This document shows, in pieces, positions 7,747 to 13,080 of a stretch of 13,080 bases of DNA (positions are counted from its first letter, which is position 1; the number at the start of each line of letters is the position of its first letter). The notes beneath the pieces were generated by a model. That model was given only the letters and a program-made list of their open reading frames with translations, did not search any database and was not told the DNA's origin. The position numbers and the translations under genes are program-made. This DNA comes from Conexivisphaerales archaeon (GTDB lineage Archaea; Thermoproteota; Nitrososphaeria; Conexivisphaerales; DTJL01): contig JBEKZX010000040.1 in assembly GCA_049509455.1 (NCBI GenBank), positions 1-13,080 on the forward strand. The letters run 5' to 3'.

Positions 7747-7825
7747 TCTCGACCCCTCCAGCGCGCTACCCCTCCGCCGACCGTTCGGAAGGCGCTACGC
7801 GGGTCACGGTGGCATATCGTCGAGT

Positions 7826-7846
7826 TCGATAAAAACGTTATTGCGA
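7826..7846 (-). promoter_or_regulatory. Putative BRE/TATA promoter for the inserted cassette
   Basis: The minus strand reads CGCAATAACG-TTTTTATC, the main AT-rich patch of the intergenic region, about 85 nt upstream of the mvk2 GTG. Confidence 0.4.
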
Positions 7847-7856
7847 CGGACCAGCG

Positions 7857-7948
7857 CTAGTTTTCCCTCTGGTGGTCTTCCAGCCTCTTCCGCTCGTCCA
7901 TCGTGAAGATGACCCCACGGTGGGGGGAGCGCACCGGCTCGGCCACAA
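7857..7948 (-). pseudogene. Possible 3' stub of an unidentified gene cut at the right junction
   Basis: Open frame ...VAEPVRSPHRGVIFTMDERKRLEDHQREN* ends in TAG at 7859-7857, just upstream of the putative cassette promoter. No family recognised. Confidence 0.3.
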
Positions 7949-8166
7949 TCTCCTCTCCCGAACTGGACTTCCTGGTCAACGAAGCGAGGTTAGCCGGCTT
8001 CGCGGGGGCCAAGCTGACCGGCGCCGGCCGAGGGGGATGCATAATCGGCTGGCCGGGGACGGGCCTCTGGGAAGCCGCCTTCGAGGGCTTCCGCTCCAAA
8101 CACCCAAATAGCTTCATCAGTTACATACCTTCGGAAGGCGTGACCACTTGGGAGACCCCGTCGTAG
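7949..8166 (+). pseudogene. mvk: C-terminal fragment of a resident-type mevalonate kinase
   Basis: SSPELDFLVNEARLAGFAGAKLTGAGRGGCIIGWPG...SYIPSEGVTTWETPS* is about 72 codons with the 5' three quarters of the gene missing. The frame is intact and the Gly loop is canonical. Confidence 0.9.
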
Positions 8167-8341
8167 TCAAGCTGGGCGGCTCATTCATAACACAGAAGGA
8201 CAGGCTTTTCACTTTCAGGGAGAAGGAGGTCAAGGAGGCCGTCACCGCCCTGAAGGGCACAGGGTTGAGTCTCGCCATTGTCCACGGCGGAGGCTCCTTC
8301 GGGCACCCCGTTGCCAAGAGGTTCGGCCTTTCGGGGGGCAC
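7949..8341 (+). repeat. Diverged direct repeat, copy B (mvk 3' end plus ipk 5' end)
   Basis: Aligns to 2458-2841 with an offset of 5491, then 5500 after the extra 9 nt CGAGGGGGA at 8029-8037. Confidence 0.95.
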
Positions 8342-8906
8342 ATTCAGCAAGTCGTCCGCCGGGGTGTCGGAGACCAGGCTGGCCATGCACAACCTCTCGT
8401 ACCTTCTCTACATCCAGCTCGGGACCGCCGGATTCAAACCCTACCTCATCAACTCGTCATCGCTCATCAGGATGGATGGTGGCCCCCTTGCCGGATACTC
8501 TACATTGCTGACGGAATTGGTGAGGACAGGGCTGACGCCGCTTACGCACGGCGACGTCCAGCTCTTCCAAGAAGGATACAGGATCGTCAGCGGCGACCAC
8601 CTGTCCTACCTCTTCTGCAAGGGCTTGAAGCCCTCTAGGATGGTCTACGTCTTCGACCAGCCGGGGTTACTGAAGACCGCCGGCGACCCATCCAGCGTCA
8701 TCGAAGAGTTGACAATCGCCGCTGCCAAGGAGCTCCGCTTCGAAGGGGCCGAGGACGCGACGGGAGGGATAACGACGAAGATCAGGACCGCCTGCGAAAT
8801 TGCTTCGCTGGGAGTCGAAACATGTTTTGTTAGCGGGTTCGACAGAGATGACCTTATTAAAGCCGTAACTGGTGAGAAGTTCAAGGGAACCATACTGAAA
8901 AGGTAG
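8148..8906 (+). CDS. ipk: Isopentenyl phosphate kinase (amino acid kinase family)
   Basis: VVKLGGS, VHGGGSFGH (IPK-type His), HGD, IVSGD, DATGGITTKI. TTG start lies within the mvk 3' end, and the gene sits between mvk and fni. Confidence 0.9.
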   Translation: MGDPVVVKLGGSFITQKDRLFTFREKEVKEAVTALKGTGLSLAIVHGGGSFGHPVAKRFGLSGGTFSKSSAGVSETRLAMHNLSYLLYIQLGTAGFKPYLINSSSLIRMDGGPLAGYSTLLTELVRTGLTPLTHGDVQLFQEGYRIVSGDHLSYLFCKGLKPSRMVYVFDQPGLLKTAGDPSSVIEELTIAAAKELRFEGAEDATGGITTKIRTACEIASLGVETCFVSGFDRDDLIKAVTGEKFKGTILKR

Positions 8907-8912
8907 TCTGCC

Positions 8913-9986
8913 TTGGGAATCGAAGAAAGGAAGGATAGCCATTTGGACATCTGCCTCCACGAGGACGTCGGCGCGAAGCTTGAGACGACCCTCTTTGAAG
9001 ACGTGTACCTCGTTCACCAAGCCCTCACCGAGCTCGACCTTGGCTCGGTCGACCTTTCCACCACGTTCCTCGGCAAGAAGCTAGAGGTCCCTCTTCTCAT
9101 TGACTCGATGACGGGGGGAACCACGATGGCGATGGAGGTCAACAAGACCCTCGCGCAGCTCGCCGAGAGGAATAAGATGGGGATTGGCGTGGGAAGCCAG
9201 AGGGCTGGCCTCACCAAGCCCGCCGTCGCAGAGACCTATTCTGTCGTCCGAAAGGAGGCTCCCAACGCCTTCGTGTTTGGCAACCTTGGCGGAGCTCAGC
9301 TCGTCCGGGGCCTCACTGTGGAGGACGCCAGGAAGGCCGTCGAGATGATACAGGCTGACGCCCTAGCCATCCACCTCAACCCGCTACAGGAGGCAGTCCA
9401 GATGGGCGGAGAGGCCACGTACAAAGGGATCATCGACAAAATCGCCGAATTAGCTCACGGCCTGGACGTCCCCATCATCGTCAAAGAAGTGGGCGCGGGA
9501 ATCTCCAGAGAGACGGCCATTCGCCTCTCGTTGGCCGGGGTGAAGGCTATCAACGTCTCGGGTCTGGGCGGGACCAGCTGGGCCGGAGTCGAAAGCATCA
9601 GGGCAAGACGGAAGGGTGAAGTGTCCGTGGCCGAGCTGGGCGAAGCCTTCTGGGACTGGGGGATCCCGACCGCCGCAGCGCTGTTGGAGGTCAAGGGGAG
9701 GGCGAACGTTCCGCTGATAGCATCTGGAGGGATCAGGAACGGCATCGAAGCCGCGAAGGCCATCGCCCTGGCGGCCGACGTCGTCGCCATGGCCAGGCCC
9801 TTCCTGTACGCGGCCTCGAATGGTGGAATCGACGGAGCGCAGCACATGACTGACGCGTTCGTGTCTCAGCTGAAGCTAGCTGCCTTCCTGACGGGTTCGG
9901 GCAGCATCGCCTCTCTCAAGAGGGCGCGGCTTGTCCTGACGGGGAAGCTCCTCGAATGGAAGAACAGCCTTGGTGACCGGCCCTGA
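8913..9986 (+). CDS. fni: Type 2 (FMN-dependent) isopentenyl-diphosphate delta-isomerase
   Basis: RKDSHL, SMTGG, GVGSQR, GNLG, HLNPLQEAVQ, KEVGAG, GGTSW, WGIPT, SGGIRNG, KAIALAA. TTG start. Confidence 0.95.
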   Translation: MGIEERKDSHLDICLHEDVGAKLETTLFEDVYLVHQALTELDLGSVDLSTTFLGKKLEVPLLIDSMTGGTTMAMEVNKTLAQLAERNKMGIGVGSQRAGLTKPAVAETYSVVRKEAPNAFVFGNLGGAQLVRGLTVEDARKAVEMIQADALAIHLNPLQEAVQMGGEATYKGIIDKIAELAHGLDVPIIVKEVGAGISRETAIRLSLAGVKAINVSGLGGTSWAGVESIRARRKGEVSVAELGEAFWDWGIPTAAALLEVKGRANVPLIASGGIRNGIEAAKAIALAADVVAMARPFLYAASNGGIDGAQHMTDAFVSQLKLAAFLTGSGSIASLKRARLVLTGKLLEWKNSLGDRP

Positions 9987-10969
9987 GTCTTCAGGAAGAG
10001 ATCAAGAGGGTAGCCCTGAAGGTCAACGCCTACATGGATAAGAAGATCAGGGGGGACCCGCAGGTCCTCTACGACGCCTCTCTACACCTAATCAATGCTG
10101 GCGGGAAGCGCCTAAGGCCCTTCATGACTCTGAAGTTCCATGGCTTGTACAGCGAAGACGAGTCGGCCGTGATTCCCGCCGCCGCAGCCGTGGAGCTAGT
10201 GCACAACTTCACACTGATTCATGATGACATCATGGACAGGGACGACATAAGGCACGGAGTGCCGACGGTCCACAAGAGGTTCGGGGAACCTCTGGCGATC
10301 CTGGCCGGAGATGTGCTGTTCGCCGAGGCCTTCAAGCTCGTCGCAGAGACGCCGTCGCTGGCGGGCGACTACCGCAGGCTGGACGAAGCCGTCGAGCTGC
10401 TGGCCGAGTCACTCATAGTGCTGTGCGAAGGACAAGCCATCGACGTCAAGGCGGCCACGGACGAGCTTTACACTGAGAAGCAGTATTACGAAATCATCAA
10501 GAAGAAGACAGCGGCCCTCTTCGAGGCGGCCTCGGTCATGGGCGTGATCGCAGGAGGAGGCGGGAAGGAGGACATGGTAAACGCTCGGATGTACGCACGT
10601 AACGTAGGCATAGGCTTTCAGATAGTGGACGACCTTCTCGGAGTCGTGGGCGACTCGGCGGTCACGGGGAAGCCTGTGGGCAACGACCTCAAGGAGGGGA
10701 AGAAGACGCTTCCGATATTCATGGCCGTCCAGAGGAGCAGGGAAAGGGACCGTACCCTCCTGCTCAAGGTGTGGGGTAACGTAGAGGCTAAACAGGAGGA
10801 GGTGGAGGCGGCGGTAGAGGTCCTTCGAAGGCTTGAGATCGACAAGGCCGCCCGGAACCTCGCCCTCGATCACGTAGAGAAGGCCGTTGATTACCTCGGC
10901 AAGCTCCCCGGGGAAGACAAGCACTGGCTTGCCGACTTGGCCCGCTACGTCGTGGAAAGAAAGATATAG
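9983..10969 (+). CDS. Short-chain polyprenyl (geranylgeranyl) diphosphate synthase, archaeal type I
   Basis: GGKRLRP, FARM HNFTLIHDDIMD (Phe five residues before the first Asp, typical of type I GGPPS), RHGVPTVH, GQAID, KTAALF, SARM FQIVDD. The frame extends upstream of ATG 10034 to CTG 9983 (CTGA overlap with the fni stop, GGTGA SD 6 nt upstream), 328 aa. Confidence 0.92.
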   Translation: MSLQEEIKRVALKVNAYMDKKIRGDPQVLYDASLHLINAGGKRLRPFMTLKFHGLYSEDESAVIPAAAAVELVHNFTLIHDDIMDRDDIRHGVPTVHKRFGEPLAILAGDVLFAEAFKLVAETPSLAGDYRRLDEAVELLAESLIVLCEGQAIDVKAATDELYTEKQYYEIIKKKTAALFEAASVMGVIAGGGGKEDMVNARMYARNVGIGFQIVDDLLGVVGDSAVTGKPVGNDLKEGKKTLPIFMAVQRSRERDRTLLLKVWGNVEAKQEEVEAAVEVLRRLEIDKAARNLALDHVEKAVDYLGKLPGEDKHWLADLARYVVERKI

Positions 10970-10999
10970 AAACATGCGGACAATGCCCCTAGTCATACG

Positions 11000-12751
11000 T
11001 TGACCTTCACGGAGCAGGTCCTTGACGCAATCAGGAGGAACGCCCTAGCCAACGCCTTCCGCCACGGGGGCAAGCCTGACGTCGGGTCGACACTGGGCAA
11101 AACCATCTCCGACTTTCCGACTCTCAAGAAGGATGCCAAGGAGCTCATGACCACGGTGAGCCGCGTCTGCGGCGAGGTTGACAGGCTCAGCCTGGCGCAG
11201 CAGGAGGAGGAGCTCCGCAGGAGGTACCCCGAGGCGCTCGAGGAGAAGAAACAGGCCAAGGAGGAGAGGAAGCTCCCGCCGTTGCCGAACTTCGCGAAGT
11301 ACAAGGAAATCAGGACGCGGTTCGCGCCCAACCCCGACAGCGTTCTCCACCTTGGTTCGGCCAGGGCAATCATACTCAGCCACGACTACGCCAGGATGTA
11401 CGGAGGGAAGTTCGTCCTGCGCTTCGAAGACACCGATCCCCGGCTGAAAAAGTCGTCCCTTGTGTTCTACGATTACATCTTGCAAGACCTGGGCTGGCTC
11501 GGCTGCAGCCCAGACGAGGAATACATCCAGAGCGACCGTATGGAGATCTACTACAAGTTCGCCGAGGAGCTGATATCAAAGGGAGGAGCATACGTTTGCA
11601 CCTGCGACCAAGACACCTTCCATACGCTGGTCACTAGGAGAGAGGCTTGCCCATGCCGCGGACTGAGCGTGAAAAATAACCTCGGACGATGGGCGAAGAT
11701 GTTGGATGGCACCTACGGAGAGGGCGAGGCGGTGATGAGGGTGAAGACGGAGCTCAACCATCCCAACCCGGCCGTGAGGGATTGGCCCGCCCTGCGCATC
11801 ATTGATACCCGGAGGCACCGGCACCCTCGCACCGGCTCGAAGTATCGAGCATGGCCTCTATACAACTGGGCGGCAGGCCTCGACGACCACCTCATGGGCG
11901 TGACTCACATAATCAGGGGACAGGAGCACTACACCAACATGGTGAGGCAGAAGTTCTTCTACAAGACCCTCGGCTGGGACTATCCCGAGGCAATCCACTA
12001 CGGGAGGCTGAAGATCGAAGGAGGGGTGCTCAGCAAGAGCAAGATAGAGGCAGGGCTACGTCAGAAGCTCTACGAAGGGTACGACGACCCACGCCTGGCC
12101 ACGCTAAGGGCATTGAAGAGGCGTGGAATCTCGGTCGAGGCGATACGCCGCCTGATATATGATGTCGGACCGAAGGGGACCGACGCCATCGTCAGTTGGG
12201 ACAACTTGCTGGCGGCGAATAGGCAGATCATAGACAAGAGGAGCTCCAGGTACTTCGCTGTGGTGGACAAAGGGGTCCCGCTGGTGGTGAAGGGGCTCAC
12301 ACGGGACATACGAGTGGAGATGCCCCGTCATCCGGAGATGTCGGACAGGCCAAACCGGGTCTTCGATGTCCCGACTGTTGGCGGGGAGGCACACTTAATC
12401 GTGAACGGGTCGGACGTCCCAACCATTACCGAGGGGGGGGTGGTGCGCCTAATGGGCCTGATGAACGTCAAGGGCGGGAGAGCCTTCGCCGGCGGACTGG
12501 CCGTCGACTTCGATAGCCTGGGCGTCGAGGAGGCAAGGCGCGCCAAAGCCCAGGCCATCCAGTGGCTGGTGTCGGGAAATACCGCCGAACTCTCCGTGAA
12601 GATGAGTGACGCCTCGGTGGCGACAGGCCTTGCCGAGGCGCAAATAACAGAAGAGAAGGTCGATGCTACGGTGCAGCTGGAGAGGCTCTTCTTCGCCCGG
12701 ATTGACTCCGTCGAACCCGGGAAGGTGGGCCTATACTTCACTTCACGTTAA
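11000..12751 (+). CDS. gltX: Glutamate--tRNA ligase, archaeal type
   Basis: RFAPNPD..LHLGSAR (HIGH motif), [11 protein letters not shown]...CPCR, VTHIIRG.EH, LSKS (KMSKS motif), DPRLATL, VQLER..FARID. TTG 11000 is the only available start after the in-frame stop at 10967-10969. Confidence 0.96.
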   Translation: MTFTEQVLDAIRRNALANAFRHGGKPDVGSTLGKTISDFPTLKKDAKELMTTVSRVCGEVDRLSLAQQEEELRRRYPEALEEKKQAKEERKLPPLPNFAKYKEIRTRFAPNPDSVLHLGSARAIILSHDYARMYGGKFVLRFEDTDPRLKKSSLVFYDYILQDLGWLGCSPDEEYIQSDRMEIYYKFAEELISKGGAYVCTCDQDTFHTLVTRREACPCRGLSVKNNLGRWAKMLDGTYGEGEAVMRVKTELNHPNPAVRDWPALRIIDTRRHRHPRTGSKYRAWPLYNWAAGLDDHLMGVTHIIRGQEHYTNMVRQKFFYKTLGWDYPEAIHYGRLKIEGGVLSKSKIEAGLRQKLYEGYDDPRLATLRALKRRGISVEAIRRLIYDVGPKGTDAIVSWDNLLAANRQIIDKRSSRYFAVVDKGVPLVVKGLTRDIRVEMPRHPEMSDRPNRVFDVPTVGGEAHLIVNGSDVPTITEGGVVRLMGLMNVKGGRAFAGGLAVDFDSLGVEEARRAKAQAIQWLVSGNTAELSVKMSDASVATGLAEAQITEEKVDATVQLERLFFARIDSVEPGKVGLYFTSR

Positions 12752-12770
12752 CGGCCCCGGTACGAATTGT

Positions 12771-12784
12771 GAAAAGTTTAAAAC
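12771..12784 (+). promoter_or_regulatory. Putative BRE/TATA promoter of rpl7ae
   Basis: GAAAAG-TTTAAAA, a good match to the archaeal BRE plus TATA, about 45 nt upstream of ATG 12826. Confidence 0.65.
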
Positions 12785-12803
12785 AGGTTCTCTGCACGGT
12801 AGA

Positions 12804-12833
12804 GGTCAAGGGTGAGTATGAAAAGATGACCCC
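12804..12833 (+). promoter_or_regulatory. Candidate K-turn/K-loop-like element over the rpl7ae SD and start codon
   Basis: GGUCAAGGGUGAGUAUGAAAAGAUGACCCC contains a box D-like GUGA/AUGA and a box C-like GAUGA enclosing the AUG, closable by GGGU/ACCC or GGUCA/UGACC. The geometry is imperfect. Confidence 0.35.
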
Positions 12834-13080
12834 GTCGGAAAACGCGGCTGGCAAACCATACTTCGTGAAGTTCGAGACGCCGAAGGAGCTGGCCGAAGCC
12901 GCCTATGAAGCGGTACGTCAAGCTAGGCAGACAGGGAAGGTCAAGAAGGGGACGAACGAGACGACCAAGGCCATAGAGAGAGGCACGGCCAAACTCGTCG
13001 TCGTCTCCGAGGACGTAGAGCCGCCCGAAGTTGTCGCGCATCTCCCGATGCTCTGCACCGAAAGGAAGGTGCCCTTCCTC
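12826..13080 (+). CDS. rpl7ae: 50S ribosomal protein L7Ae (partial, runs off the window end)
   Basis: [22 protein letters not shown]...[50 protein letters not shown]. Not in the ORF track because it has no stop in the window. GGTGAG SD at 12811-12816. Confidence 0.96.
   Translation, partial: MTPSENAAGKPYFVKFETPKELAEAAYEAVRQARQTGKVKKGTNETTKAIERGTAKLVVVSEDVEPPEVVAHLPMLCTERKVPFL

Larger units (their letters stand above)
2842..7948 (-). other. 5.1 kb inserted or rearranged block carrying a modified-mevalonate cassette
   Basis: Lies exactly between the two repeat copies, all genes are antisense to the host operon, and both ends cut through reading frames. No transposase, integrase or terminal inverted repeat is seen. 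Confidence 0.8.

Noticed and set aside
2842-7948. Insertion sequence, integrative element or provirus
   Set aside because: No transposase, integrase, tRNA att site, terminal inverted repeats or short target-site duplication. The flanking repeats are long diverged gene fragments.
2842-7948. GC-content shift marking the block as foreign
   Set aside because: Spot checks suggested some cassette lines are lower in GC but the ranges overlapped with the backbone. A proper sliding-window or codon-usage calculation is needed.
2458-8341. CRISPR array or tandem repeat explanation for the repeated sequence
   Set aside because: Only two long coding copies 5.5 kb apart, with no short regularly spaced repeats. 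No tRNA or rRNA signature was recognised anywhere in the window.
8645-13041. Minus-strand ORFs over ipk, fni, GGPPS, gltX and rpl7ae (e.g. 10409-10996, 12328-12741, 12778-13041)
   Set aside because: Antisense shadows of conserved housekeeping genes.

Overview
Archaeal chromosomal window. The gene order is consistent with a TACK/Nitrososphaerota-like host, but that taxonomy is inference. The + strand backbone is the conserved archaeal operon rps2 - MEMO1/amrB - mevalonate kinase - isopentenyl phosphate kinase - type 2 IPP isomerase - GGPP synthase - gltX, followed by the 5' part of rpl7ae. It is interrupted at the mvk/ipk junction by a 5.1 kb block (2842-7948) on the - strand. The block is a tightly overlapped cassette: a second, divergent mevalonate kinase (trypanosomatid-like motifs), a UbiD-family decarboxylase, a small LpdD-like protein (putative prenylated-FMN chaperone), both AcnX phosphomevalonate dehydratase subunits, and a decayed hutI pseudogene. 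It is flanked by diverged direct repeats (2458-2841 and 7949-8341; about 84% identical by hand count, plus one 9-nt indel) of the mvk-3'/ipk-5' segment, with no transposase or integrase. The locus thus encodes the archaeal modified mevalonate route from mevalonate to GGPP, apart from UbiX. The most novel-looking element is the LpdD-like gene inside the mevalonate cassette. The resident mvk shows motif damage suggesting ongoing replacement. A chimeric assembly cannot be excluded from sequence alone.
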